The notes under the pieces: model-generated
What the model saw: the letters and a program-made list of their open reading frames with translations, nothing else
What the model was told of the DNA's origin: nothing
Database searches by the model: none
Assembly (NCBI GenBank): GCA_945872615.1
Contig: CAMBZZ010000004.1
Location: 16,814 to 80,813 of the forward strand
Direction: 5' to 3'
Length of the DNA stretch: 64,000 nt
Source of the DNA: an uncultured Clostridia bacterium
GTDB taxonomy: Bacteria > Bacillota > Clostridia > Christensenellales > UBA3700
In this document: positions 17,277 to 27,165 of the stretch, one piece after another
Numbering within the stretch: position 1 is the first letter of the stretch
Layout: each line of letters opens with the position of its first letter
Program-made: the position numbers and the translations under genes

Positions 17277-18527
17277 CTAAATTCGCTTTATGTCTGCGCC
17301 CAAACTTCTGAGAATAGGCGCCATATCTTCATATCCTCTGTCGATATGATATATATCTTCTACTATAGTGGTACCTCGAGCGACGAGACCCGCCAACACC
17401 AGCGCCGCGCCGCCTCTTAAATCGCAAGCCTTGACCGTCGTACCGTTTAGTCTTCCAACTCCGTTGACAAAGGCGCGTTTGCCTCTAACGACTATATCAG
17501 CTCCCATAAGTCTTAGCTCGTTTGCCGCTTTGAATCTATCCTCGAACAAATTTTCCTCTATCACGCATTTGCCCTTGCCTATAGTCATCATAGCCAAAAA
17601 CTGCGATTGTAAATCGGTAGGAAAATCGGGATAGTATCCCGTCGAGAGCAGCGGCGGATTGGTAGATACGCCGTTGGAGTACAAGGTTATTCTATCATCT
17701 TTGTAGGTGATATTGCAAGTATTATCGGCAAGTTTTGCCGTCAAAGCCTCCAAATGTCGACGACGTACGTTTTCGAGCGTAATCTCGCCTTGACACATTG
17801 CCGCCGCAATCAAATACGTCCCCGCAACTATTCTGTCGGGCAAAACCGTGTAATCTACGCCGTGCAAGCTCTCCACGCCCTCTATCACGGCTCTTCCGTC
17901 TTCAACGCCGCTCACTTTGGCGCCCATAGCCACGAGCATATTTTGCAAGTCGACAATTTCGGGCTCTCTGGCACAGTTGTCTATCACAGTCTTGCCGTGC
18001 AAAAATACGCTTGCCATTATCAGATTTTCCGTTGCGCCCACGCTAGGTATCTTGAGGCGCATATAGGCGCTGTGCGCGTGAGTTGCGTCACACTCTAACG
18101 CGTCTTGCGTTTCGACTATTTCCACGCCGAGTTTTCTCAGTCCGTCAATATGTATGTCGATAGGTCTTAGCCCGATATTGCAACCGCCGGGGTATGCGAT
18201 TTTTGCTTTTTTGCACCTACTCAGCATCGCCCCGAGCAAAAATACAGACGAGCGTATCTTTTTCGCCGTATTGTTCTCTATCTCGGCGCCGTCGAGCGTG
18301 CTACTGTCAACCGTTATCGTTCCGCAATCGAAACTACACTTACAGCCTAACCCGCCTAATATGGACAACATATTGCCTATATCGCTGATGTCGGGGCAAT
18401 CTCTCAAAACCACACTCTCTTGCGTAAGAATGCTGGCGGACAACAAGGCAAGCGCACTATTTTTTGCGCCCTTGATTCTAATATTCCCTTCCAGCCTATT
18501 GCCGCCGTTGATTACGTACCGAGCCAT
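17277..18527 (-). CDS. murA: UDP-N-acetylglucosamine 1-carboxyvinyltransferase
   Basis: 416 aa. IKGAKNSALALL, the active-site loop PGGCNIGLRPID, IDRGYE near the C-terminus. GAGGTGA SD. Confidence 0.94.
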   Translation of the reverse strand: MARYVINGGNRLEGNIRIKGAKNSALALLSASILTQESVVLRDCPDISDIGNMLSILGGLGCKCSFDCGTITVDSSTLDGAEIENNTAKKIRSSVFLLGAMLSRCKKAKIAYPGGCNIGLRPIDIHIDGLRKLGVEIVETQDALECDATHAHSAYMRLKIPSVGATENLIMASVFLHGKTVIDNCAREPEIVDLQNMLVAMGAKVSGVEDGRAVIEGVESLHGVDYTVLPDRIVAGTYLIAAAMCQGEITLENVRRRHLEALTAKLADNTCNITYKDDRITLYSNGVSTNPPLLSTGYYPDFPTDLQSQFLAMMTIGKGKCVIEENLFEDRFKAANELRLMGADIVVRGKRAFVNGVGRLNGTTVKACDLRGGAALVLAGLVARGTTIVEDIYHIDRGYEDMAPILRSLGADIKRI

Positions 18528-18540
18528 ATCACCTCAAAAC

Positions 18541-19680
18541 TTAGTATATCTTATGAGAAAAAACACTCTCTTGTGATTGTCTAGACACGTTGAGCAACAA
18601 CCCCGTCGCGCAAGTAAATACGACGAGCGAACTTCCGCCGTAACTTACGAAAGGCAGCGGCAGTCCCGTAGGCGGTATGGCGCCCGTTACCACGGCGATA
18701 TTGAGCAAGGTTTGCACGGCGATTATCACGGTAATCGCTACGGCGAGATAGGTCTGAAAACGATTGGTCGCATTGACGGCTATTCTTATGCCGCATACTA
18801 CTATGACGCAATAGACGCACATTATCGCTATTCCCCCTATCCAGCCCAATTCTTCGCATATAATGGCAAAAATAAAATCGCTTTCGGCAAAAGGCAAAAA
18901 CAAATATTTTTGTCTACTGTTGAACAGCCCCACGCCAAATAAGCCACCGTTGCCTAAAGCGTAATAAGATTGTATTAGTTGATAGCCCTCGCCGAGCGGC
19001 GAAGCCCACGGGTCGAGAAAAGCCGTCAGCCTCTTAAGTCGATAGGGTTCGATGAGTATCAATACCACGACTACGGCAACGAGAGGCAGCGCCAAAACGG
19101 CAAAGTGTCTAAGTTTAGCTCCTCCGACGAATAATAGTATCAGACACGACAGTCCTACGCACATAGTAATAGACATATTGGGCTCGAGCATAATCAACAC
19201 GCACACCGCCCCCATAGCCAAGAGGCTTATAACCATATTTTTGAAGGTGACGGCACTCTTTTTGGACATTTGCGCGGCGATAAAAATGGCGACTGCGAAC
19301 TTGGCTATCTCCGAAGGCTGAAAAGTGGTAAATCCGAGATTAATCCATCGCGTAGCTCCGTATTTTTCTACGCCGAGTCCGGGAATGAATACCAAAGCCA
19401 ATAGCACCATTCCGACGACGAGCAAAACCCAACTGTATTTGCCCAGTTTGTCTAGATTTATCTTGGTAGCGCCTAACGTCGCAACAACCGCGACAATCAA
19501 TGCGAGCGCTTGCTTTTTGACGAAATAAAACGCGTCGCCCGTGTCGCGCAACGCAACGTAACTACCCGCACTATATTGCATCAACAGTCCGAATAGCGCG
19601 AGGAACAAGGTGCAAACTACGAGTACGACGTCAACCTTTTTTGTCCTTTTCGGATAGTAATTCTTTAAAAATCCTGTCAA
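18541..19680 (-). CDS. ftsW: SEDS-family peptidoglycan glycosyltransferase FtsW/SpoVE
   Basis: A polytopic protein with motifs RWINLGFTTFQPSEIAK and PFVSYGGSSL. The start is uncertain: the ORF stays open to 19809. The TTG at 19680 has GAGGGGTGA upstream. The ATG at 19701 has no SD. Either start overlaps the murD 3' end. Confidence 0.88.
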   Translation of the reverse strand: MTGFLKNYYPKRTKKVDVVLVVCTLFLALFGLLMQYSAGSYVALRDTGDAFYFVKKQALALIVAVVATLGATKINLDKLGKYSWVLLVVGMVLLALVFIPGLGVEKYGATRWINLGFTTFQPSEIAKFAVAIFIAAQMSKKSAVTFKNMVISLLAMGAVCVLIMLEPNMSITMCVGLSCLILLFVGGAKLRHFAVLALPLVAVVVVLILIEPYRLKRLTAFLDPWASPLGEGYQLIQSYYALGNGGLFGVGLFNSRQKYLFLPFAESDFIFAIICEELGWIGGIAIMCVYCVIVVCGIRIAVNATNRFQTYLAVAITVIIAVQTLLNIAVVTGAIPPTGLPLPFVSYGGSSLVVFTCATGLLLNVSRQSQESVFSHKIY

Positions 19681-20956
19681 AATGTTCACCCCTCTCTTCA
19701 TATCCGCTATATCTGTCAAAACTTGACGTCGTAGGCGAAAATAAAACGTTGTCCATACCCGACTCCAATGCGAGCGCGGTTGCTCTTTTGAGTTGGTTGC
19801 ACCTAACAAAATGATATGAGTGAACTAGTGGCAAAAATTCCATAATTCTATCAGAATTGTCGCCGCATACCGCAATAAATCCTACGTTTGACGGCAAAGC
19901 GTCAAAAAACGGTTGGTAACTTATACCCTTGTCGTAACCGCCGATAATGAGCGCAACGCTGCCTTTGACGGCTTTGCACGCGTTGATAGTACTGTCAAAA
20001 TTGGTGGCTTTGGAATCGTTGAAGAATTTTACTCCGTTGATATTGCCTATGTATTGACGCCTATATTTTGGCATTTCGAAGGTACTTATCGCTTTGACGA
20101 TGACGTCGTTGTCGATATTCAATAGTTTTGCAACCGTTATGGCGGCTAGGGCGTTGGAGAGATTGAAGTCCGACTCTATCTGCGTATCCGCAACCGAACA
20201 TACTCTCTCCCTATCTTGATCCAAAAAGTAAATATTGCCGTCGGCAACGTAAGTACCCTTGACCCTATGATTGATAGAATAATAATATAATCGTCCCTTG
20301 ACTTTGTCGCCCATATTGCGCGTAACCGTACAATCGTAGTTGAGTATTGCGTAATCGGATGAGGTTTGGTTGCAAAATATTCTCTGTTTCATTTCCGTAT
20401 AAACCGCCATGGTCTTATGCCGTTGGAGGTGGTCGGGAGTTACGTTGAGACACAGCGCAAAGTGAGGTCTAAAAGTCTTGACGGTCTCGAGTTGATAACT
20501 CGATATTTCCAATACAAGCACCTTATCTTGTCCGTTGTCGTCCGCCATTTCATTGGCAAAACTCTCCCCTATATTGCCGAGCGCTTTGCTCTCTATGCCT
20601 GCTAAATTGAGAATACGGTTGATTAGCAAAGTCGTAGTAGTCTTGCCGTTGGTACCCGTCACCGCAATCACGTCGCCCTTGCAATGTCTGTAGCCGAGTT
20701 CTATCTCTCCCACAATCTCTATGCCGCATTTTTCGGCGTATTCTACTATCGTGTGATTTTTGCTTACACCCGGGGAGAGGACAACGAGGTCTTTGTCTTG
20801 AACTATTTCCCAACTATCTCTGCCCGCAAGATTGACAAAGTCACCCGTCTTTGCGATGCTTTCGTCAAAAAAATAAACCTCATATCCAAGGTTTATCAGA
20901 AGTTTTGCACTTCCCTTTCCGCTTGTGCCATACCCTAAAATCAATGCTTTTTTCAT
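19631..20956 (-). CDS. murD: UDP-N-acetylmuramoylalanine--D-glutamate ligase
   Basis: 441 aa. N-terminal GYGTSGKG Rossmann motif and Mur ligase P-loop GTNGKTTT. Confidence 0.94.
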   Translation of the reverse strand: MKKALILGYGTSGKGSAKLLINLGYEVYFFDESIAKTGDFVNLAGRDSWEIVQDKDLVVLSPGVSKNHTIVEYAEKCGIEIVGEIELGYRHCKGDVIAVTGTNGKTTTTLLINRILNLAGIESKALGNIGESFANEMADDNGQDKVLVLEISSYQLETVKTFRPHFALCLNVTPDHLQRHKTMAVYTEMKQRIFCNQTSSDYAILNYDCTVTRNMGDKVKGRLYYYSINHRVKGTYVADGNIYFLDQDRERVCSVADTQIESDFNLSNALAAITVAKLLNIDNDVIVKAISTFEMPKYRRQYIGNINGVKFFNDSKATNFDSTINACKAVKGSVALIIGGYDKGISYQPFFDALPSNVGFIAVCGDNSDRIMEFLPLVHSYHFVRCNQLKRATALALESGMDNVLFSPTTSSFDRYSGYEERGEHFDRIFKELLSEKDKKG

Positions 20957-20958
20957 AT

Positions 20959-21972
20959 TTACTCCATATAACTAATCGTTGCAACTATGCAAGCGATGAT
21001 TGTGATCGTGGTATAATAAGTTACTATTTTGCTTTCCTTGATGCCTTTATATTCCAAGTGATGATGAAAAGGCGCCATTAACAACACTCTTTTTCCCGTA
21101 GTTTTGAAGGCGATAACTTGCACTATTACTGATATGCAAGATACCGCGAACATTATGCCGACCAGTGGCAAAATTAATGGATTTTTGCTCATAAGTCCCA
21201 CGCAAGCCAATCCTCCGCCCAATGCAAGCGAGCCCGTGTCGCCCATAAATATTTTGGCGGGGTGTGCGTTGAGCCACAAAAAGCCGAGCAAGCCGCCTAT
21301 CATCGCCGCCAAATAATAACATAGCGACTGATATACCCTTGCTTCTCCGCTCAGACCGCTAGATAGACAACTTGCCAAAGATATGAGGCAAGCAGTCAGC
21401 CAAAAGGCGTAGACCGCCAAAGAAGTTTTACCCGCAAGTCCGTCAAGACCGTCGGTAAGATTGACGGCGTTGGTCATTGCGACAAATACCAGTACCGCAA
21501 ACGGTACGTACCATTTGCCCAAGTCAAACTCGATATTAAAAAACGGCAACTTGACCACCGAGCCTATATCTTGCGAGCGATAGCAATAAAAAGCGACTAT
21601 TACGGCTATACCTAACTGACCTATCACCTTTTGATAGGCTTTTAGTCCCATATTGTCCTTATTCCATACTTTGATAAAGTCGTCTAAAAAGCCGAGCAAG
21701 CCGTATCCGAGCGTGGCAACCGTTGCCACCGCTCCCACGCTGTGTCCCGTGCCGTCGAATATAAAGTAAGTGATAGCCATTGCAAGCAAAAATATGATAC
21801 CGCCCATGGTAGGCGTGCCCGCCTTGCCCGAGTGCTTGTCCACGTACTTGAGTATAGATTGCCTAGCTTTGAGTTTTTTGGTCAAAGCAAGCACCAAGGG
21901 GTTGAGCAACATTGCCAACACCCAAGAAGCAATCAACGCAATAGTAATTTTGAAATAATTATCGGATAGCAA
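20959..21972 (-). CDS. mraY: phospho-N-acetylmuramoyl-pentapeptide transferase
   Basis: 337 aa, polytopic. GTPTMGG, NAVNLTDGLDGLA, MGDTGSLALGG. TTG start with GGTGAGGA upstream. Confidence 0.94.
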   Translation of the reverse strand: MLSDNYFKITIALIASWVLAMLLNPLVLALTKKLKARQSILKYVDKHSGKAGTPTMGGIIFLLAMAITYFIFDGTGHSVGAVATVATLGYGLLGFLDDFIKVWNKDNMGLKAYQKVIGQLGIAVIVAFYCYRSQDIGSVVKLPFFNIEFDLGKWYVPFAVLVFVAMTNAVNLTDGLDGLAGKTSLAVYAFWLTACLISLASCLSSGLSGEARVYQSLCYYLAAMIGGLLGFLWLNAHPAKIFMGDTGSLALGGGLACVGLMSKNPLILPLVGIMFAVSCISVIVQVIAFKTTGKRVLLMAPFHHHLEYKGIKESKIVTYYTTITIIACIVATISYME

Positions 21973-23407
21973 TAGCGTTTATCCTCACCAACTGCGCCAT
22001 ATCGCTATATGGCTTTTTGACTCCCATTTCGTCGATATAGTCTTCGCTGCCCTTTCCTGCAATCAAAACAACGTCGCCTTGCCGAGACAACTCCTTTGCC
22101 AATTCTATGGCTTTGCCTCTGTCGAGTTCTACAAACAGTTTTGCTTTGCCACACATTCCCGCAATAATGTCTTGCGCTATGCTTTTGCGACTTTCCGTCC
22201 TGGGATTGTCCGAAGTCACGACCGCAACGTCAGCCATTTCACTTGCAATTTTGCCCATGACGGGTCTCTTGGATACGTCGCGATCCCCTCCGCAACCAAA
22301 CACGACGATAAGTCTTTTGTCGGTAAGTTTCCTACTCTCTTTGAGCACGTTATACAGCCCGTCGGGCGTGTGGGCGAAGTCAATGATATACGTTCTTCCC
22401 ATACTGTGGAATACGTTAAACCTCCCCGCCGGCGGAGTGACGTTTTCTAAGCTTGCGATAATCGAGGAGTTGTCAACCCCCGCCATTTTGACTGCAAGCG
22501 TTGCCGATAGTACGTTGTAAACGTTAAATTTACCGTACAAATGCGTGTATATAGGCAATATCTCGTCCAGCATATTGATTACGTATCTACAGCCGTCGAC
22601 GCTTGGTTGGTAGTCGATGGCAAAACAATCTGCGGGATTGTCAAGTCCGTAAGTCAATACCGGCGCGTTGCACTCTTTGATGATTTCTCTTCCGCAATCG
22701 TCGTCGACGTTGACGAGAGCGCAACCGACGTTGTCAGCATCGAAAAAGGACTTTTTGCAAATCTTGTAATTGTCCAAGTTTTCAAAGAAGTCGAGATGAT
22801 CTTGCGACAAATTGGTAAATATCGCCGTATTGACAAAAACTCCGTAGAGTTTGCGCAACGCGATTGCGTGGGCGGAAATCTCCATAACGACCCACTTGCA
22901 CCCGCTATCCAGCATCTTTTTTAACAAAGCGTGCAAATTGGTAGGGTCGGGGGTGGTCATATCGGCTTGCTCACGCTTGCCCGCATATTCTACATACATA
23001 GTGCCTATCAGTCCGCAAGGTATGCCGTTGTCGCTTAGCATTTTGTGAATCAAATACGCAGTTGTCGACTTGCCGTTGGTACCGATTACTCCGATGATTT
23101 TGAGGCGTTTGCAAGGGTTGCCGAAAAAATTGGACGCCATCACTGCCAAAGCGATTCGAGTGTCTTTGACCTTGACGACGGTTGCTTCTCCCGCGTATAT
23201 TTCTCTACTGCACACTACGGCAACCGCGCCCTTTGCCAAGGCAATGTCGGCAAATAAATGTCCGTCGGTAGTATGACCTTTTAGACATACGAAAACGCTG
23301 CCTTGTACGACGTCTTTGGTATCGAACGCCACGTTTTGCACGGCAATATCAACGCTGCCTTTTATGCTTTCTGCCTCTACGTTTTCCAATAAGTTACTTA
23401 GCAACAT
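21959..23407 (-). CDS. murE: UDP-N-acetylmuramoyl-L-alanyl-D-glutamate--2,6-diaminopimelate ligase
   Basis: GTNGKSTT P-loop and the DNPR motif (VVTSDNPRTE), which suggests meso-DAP specificity. The ATG at 23407 has GGAGGA upstream. Confidence 0.92.
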   Translation of the reverse strand: MLLSNLLENVEAESIKGSVDIAVQNVAFDTKDVVQGSVFVCLKGHTTDGHLFADIALAKGAVAVVCSREIYAGEATVVKVKDTRIALAVMASNFFGNPCKRLKIIGVIGTNGKSTTAYLIHKMLSDNGIPCGLIGTMYVEYAGKREQADMTTPDPTNLHALLKKMLDSGCKWVVMEISAHAIALRKLYGVFVNTAIFTNLSQDHLDFFENLDNYKICKKSFFDADNVGCALVNVDDDCGREIIKECNAPVLTYGLDNPADCFAIDYQPSVDGCRYVINMLDEILPIYTHLYGKFNVYNVLSATLAVKMAGVDNSSIIASLENVTPPAGRFNVFHSMGRTYIIDFAHTPDGLYNVLKESRKLTDKRLIVVFGCGGDRDVSKRPVMGKIASEMADVAVVTSDNPRTESRKSIAQDIIAGMCGKAKLFVELDRGKAIELAKELSRQGDVVLIAGKGSEDYIDEMGVKKPYSDMAQLVRINAIAIR

Positions 23408-23494
23408 ATCTTCCTCCAAATTGCATCTCTATAATAATATTTATATTGCGCCCGCGCAATAGCTTCGCAATCTTCGACATATTAGACTATTTTT

Positions 23495-25396
23495 TTATTC
23501 GCATGCAAAAAACGCCACGGTTTTTTTCTTAATTTTCGCCCCCGCGGCAGGCACTTGATAGACTACTCGTCCGCTCTCTCCGCTTATCTCACAGTCTATT
23601 CCGAGATTTTTGAGCGTAGCGCTTGCTTCGGCAAGTTGTTTATCCATAAGGTCGGGCATGACAATCTCTTCGTTCAACTCTTTTTCATTGCCGTCGTAGC
23701 GCGGAGCTATGCCTTTGTAGGCGAATATATCTGCAAATATGCCTCCTACGTACGGAGCGGCGACGATACTACCGTAGTAGACGTAACCTTGAGGTTCGTC
23801 CACCAACATCAGACATACGAGAGTTTCGTCTTCCACGTCGGCAAAGCCTATGAACGACGAGATATATTTTCCTCGGGCGATAGAGCCGTTTTCGTATTTT
23901 TGCGCCGTACCCGTCTTGCCACCTATGCTATAGCCCGCAACTCGCGCGTTTTTTCCGCTTCCTTCTTCTACTACTTTGACCAAATACTGTTTGAGCGTAT
24001 TGCACGTTTGCTCGCTGACTGTACGATTTTTGGGAGAAGGGTTGGCTTTATAGGCAACTCTCCCGCTCTCGTCAACGATACTGTCAACCAGGGTAGGAGA
24101 ATATAGGTATCCTCCGTTGACTACCGAACAAACTGCCGTTGCAAGTTGAATTGGCGTAACGGCAATGGCTTGACCGAAACCTATGCGCGCGAGGTCGACG
24201 TTTTTGACTTTATTGCGATCAATCAACAATCCTTTTGCCTCACCGCTTTGGTCGATGCCCGTCTTTTGACCAAGTCCGAACGCGTCGAAATATTGATACA
24301 TTTTTTCACACCCAACCGACAACGCCACGTCCATAAAGACGCAGTTGCAGGAGTTTTTTATCCCTTCTTCAAAATTTTGCGATCCGTGACCTATGCTTCG
24401 CCAACATTTAATGCGTTGACCGTCCACGGTTGCCGAGCCGCCGCAATAATAAGAATTTTTGATTTTATTTTGCTCTATACCGATAGCAGAGGTAAGAATC
24501 TTAAAGGTCGACCCCGGCTCATACACGTCTGTGATTATCGTATTGCGAGAGCCTTGCAACAACAACTCCATATCGTCGCGAGGTATGTCGTTGAGGTCGT
24601 AAGTCGGCGACACGGATATAGCTTTGACTTGCCCCGTATTGGCATTCATTACTATGCAACTTGCCGATTTGCTTTGATATTTTAGTTGAGCTTGCGTAGT
24701 CGCCCTTTGCGCGAAAGACTGAATTTTGGAGTCAATCGACAGTTGGACGGTCATACCTTTGACACCGTCTTGATAGTAAGTAGTTCCGTCTGCGAGTTTT
24801 TTGCCTACGAGGTCGGTTGGCGTATAGGTTGCGCCGTCTACTCCTTTGAGATAACGGTCATAATACTGTTCTATGCCACTCTGTCCCACGCCGTCCACAT
24901 TGGTAAAACCCAACAACTGCGTAAGAAAATTGCCAAGCGGGTATCGCCTCTCGCTGTCGGCGGTGAGGTAAAGTCCCTCTACGTCAAGGCTTATCAGCTC
25001 TAACATTTGACTTCTTGTCAGTTGCTTGGCAACGGTAATTTCCGACACGCCTTTTTTTGACAATTTTTTATATAGCTTATCCTTGTCCATTGCTACTATC
25101 GACGACAACTTGACGGCAAGCGTATCGATGTCTTTCAATTCGTTTGGGCGTGCGTACAACGTGTACACGGTATTGCTTTCGGCAAGGACTACTCCGTTGC
25201 AGTCGACTATGTCGCCTCTATCCGCTCTCATAGGTAGGTCTCTAGTCCATTGACTAAAAGCTTTGACCTTGAGACTCCCGCCTTGAATAATTTGCACGTA
25301 AAACAGCCTTGCTACCAAGCCGATAAAACAAAAGACCACCAGCAAAAGCGTTGCCAGCAGTCTCTTTTTGATAGACGTATGAGTAATTTTGTCCAC
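23495..25396 (-). CDS. class B penicillin-binding protein (FtsI/PBP2B/SpoVD type) with a C-terminal PASTA-like domain
   Basis: 633 aa. N-terminal TM helix. Transpeptidase motifs STFK, SCN (KNSCNC) and KTGT. GTG start with GGAGGT upstream. Confidence 0.9.
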   Translation of the reverse strand: MDKITHTSIKKRLLATLLLVVFCFIGLVARLFYVQIIQGGSLKVKAFSQWTRDLPMRADRGDIVDCNGVVLAESNTVYTLYARPNELKDIDTLAVKLSSIVAMDKDKLYKKLSKKGVSEITVAKQLTRSQMLELISLDVEGLYLTADSERRYPLGNFLTQLLGFTNVDGVGQSGIEQYYDRYLKGVDGATYTPTDLVGKKLADGTTYYQDGVKGMTVQLSIDSKIQSFAQRATTQAQLKYQSKSASCIVMNANTGQVKAISVSPTYDLNDIPRDDMELLLQGSRNTIITDVYEPGSTFKILTSAIGIEQNKIKNSYYCGGSATVDGQRIKCWRSIGHGSQNFEEGIKNSCNCVFMDVALSVGCEKMYQYFDAFGLGQKTGIDQSGEAKGLLIDRNKVKNVDLARIGFGQAIAVTPIQLATAVCSVVNGGYLYSPTLVDSIVDESGRVAYKANPSPKNRTVSEQTCNTLKQYLVKVVEEGSGKNARVAGYSIGGKTGTAQKYENGSIARGKYISSFIGFADVEDETLVCLMLVDEPQGYVYYGSIVAAPYVGGIFADIFAYKGIAPRYDGNEKELNEEIVMPDLMDKQLAEASATLKNLGIDCEISGESGRVVYQVPAAGAKIKKKTVAFFACE

Positions 25397-25515
25397 GCTG
25401 ACCTCCGATACCGTTATATCTTATGAACGGCGTCGTCGGTTTATTTAGAAAATTTATTTACAATTAGATTTTTTGCAAAAAAATACCTCCCTACGCTTGT
25501 AGAGAGGTGTTTTGG

Positions 25516-26214
25516 TTATCCGAAAATTTTAGCTATCGAATCGCAAAGATTGTCAAACCCGCCCGTATTGGTATCGTAATCGTACTCGGCGACGTTTTCC
25601 ATAGGTTGCAATTCTATCACGTTGCCGTCGGCGTCGACCGCATATCCCATTGCCTCTTCGTTGTAGGTTACGCCCTCTTCCACACTAGCGGAAACCGCTC
25701 CCGTGCCGGCAGTAGCCATATTGATTATCAGCAAAGTCGCAATAACCGCAACTATAAAGAAATATACGCAAATAAGCATTTTTGCTTTTGTATTGAGTTT
25801 GGATTTCTTTTTGGAGTTACTCTTGCCCGAATTGTCAACGCTTTGATTCATCGTTGGATTTTGTCTGACGTAACCCTCGCTGTTGTCGCGATAATAATAT
25901 CCCGAATACTCTTGCGAAGCGGCGTAATCGGCGTCGGCTTGAGCAGCGTAACCGTCTTGATAACGATAACCCGCGCCAAAGTTTTGATTGTAATCGCGAG
26001 AGTATGTATCGTAACTATCGTACGATTGATTGTAGTAGTTGTTTTGATAGCCGTTTTGGTTGTCGTTGCGATAATATCCGTTGTCGGTAGCATTGTCGTA
26101 ATAGCTTTGGGTATATCTGCTTTGTCCGTATGCAGAATTGTAATATGCAAAATTATTGACGTCGTTCTCATACGTGCTTTGTTCGTATTTTTCTCTTTCC
26201 ATCAATTTGTTCAT
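25516..26214 (-). CDS. bitopic membrane protein with a Tyr/Asn/Gln-rich low-complexity N-terminal domain, occupying the FtsL slot
   Basis: 232 aa. About 150 aa of Y/N/Q/D/S-rich sequence, a KKKSK patch, one TM helix (MLICVYFFIVAVIATLLIINMA) and a tail of about 65 aa. AAGGAG SD. Lies between rsmH and the PBP gene. Confidence 0.6.
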   Translation of the reverse strand: MNKLMEREKYEQSTYENDVNNFAYYNSAYGQSRYTQSYYDNATDNGYYRNDNQNGYQNNYYNQSYDSYDTYSRDYNQNFGAGYRYQDGYAAQADADYAASQEYSGYYYRDNSEGYVRQNPTMNQSVDNSGKSNSKKKSKLNTKAKMLICVYFFIVAVIATLLIINMATAGTGAVSASVEEGVTYNEEAMGYAVDADGNVIELQPMENVAEYDYDTNTGGFDNLCDSIAKIFG

Positions 26215-26230
26215 ATTGCTTCTCCTTTTG

Positions 26231-27163
26231 CTATATTTTTTGCGCTATTCTCAACTTTGCGCTTGACGCTCTACTATTGTTTTGCAGTTCTTGCGGACTA
26301 GCAACGATAGGTTTTTTGGTAATTATCTCTATCTCTTTGACCTTATCGCAAGTGCAAATAGGTTGTTGCGGAGGACATATACAATCCTTCTCTAGGTACT
26401 GAAACGCCCTTTTGACTATCCTATCCTCAAGCGAATGGAAGGTAATTACACATATTCTTCCGCCGACGTTGAGTCTTCTCGTCAATCCTTCGACTATCGT
26501 ATCGAGTCCGCTGAGTTCGCCGTTGACCTCTATTCTTATCGCCTGAAAAGTTCTTTTGCAAGGATTTCCGCCCTTCCATCTGAGTTTTGCGGGATAAGAG
26601 TTTTCTACTATCTCGGCAAGCTCGCCCGTAGTTGTGATTTTTTGTTTTGCTCTAGCTACTACGATATTGTGAGCAATTCTTCTTGCCAGTCTATCCTCGC
26701 CGTATTGGTAAATGACGTCGGCAAGTTGTTCCTCATCGTATTCGTTGACCACTTCCATTGCGCTCAGACGTTGGGATTGGTCCATTCTCATATCTAGCGG
26801 TGCGTCGCTGTTGTAACTAAATCCCCTCTCCGCGTTGTCGAGTTGATAGGACGAAACTCCCAAGTCCAACAACACTCCGTCTATTTGACCTATCTCCATC
26901 TCGTCCAAGTGCGACAAACAGTTTTTGAAGTCGTCGTGGACGTATGTGATTTTTTCTCTATACGGCGACAGTCTCACCATAGTGCTCTCTATCGCTTGAG
27001 CGTCCTTGTCAAAGGCTATCAGCCTACCCGTCGTGAGGCGCTGCAGTATCTTTTCGCTGTGTCCGCCTCCGCCCAACGTTCCGTCAACGTAAATTCCGTC
27101 GGGTTTGATATTCAGTCCTTCTATACACTCATCGAGGAGTACGGGTACGTGCCTAAATTCCAT
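26231..27163 (-). CDS. rsmH: 16S rRNA (cytosine1402-N4)-methyltransferase
   Basis: 310 aa. HVPVLLDE, DGTLGGGGHS, DLGVSSYQLD. Confidence 0.95.
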   Translation of the reverse strand: MEFRHVPVLLDECIEGLNIKPDGIYVDGTLGGGGHSEKILQRLTTGRLIAFDKDAQAIESTMVRLSPYREKITYVHDDFKNCLSHLDEMEIGQIDGVLLDLGVSSYQLDNAERGFSYNSDAPLDMRMDQSQRLSAMEVVNEYDEEQLADVIYQYGEDRLARRIAHNIVVARAKQKITTTGELAEIVENSYPAKLRWKGGNPCKRTFQAIRIEVNGELSGLDTIVEGLTRRLNVGGRICVITFHSLEDRIVKRAFQYLEKDCICPPQQPICTCDKVKEIEIITKKPIVASPQELQNNSRASSAKLRIAQKI

Positions 27164-27165
27164 AA

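Noticed and set aside
25507-26301. 264-aa plus-strand ORF rich in I/V/R opposite the Tyr/Asn-rich gene
   Set aside because: It is the mirror image of the low-complexity coding repeat. It has no SD. The minus-strand frame has the SD, a TM helix and operon context.
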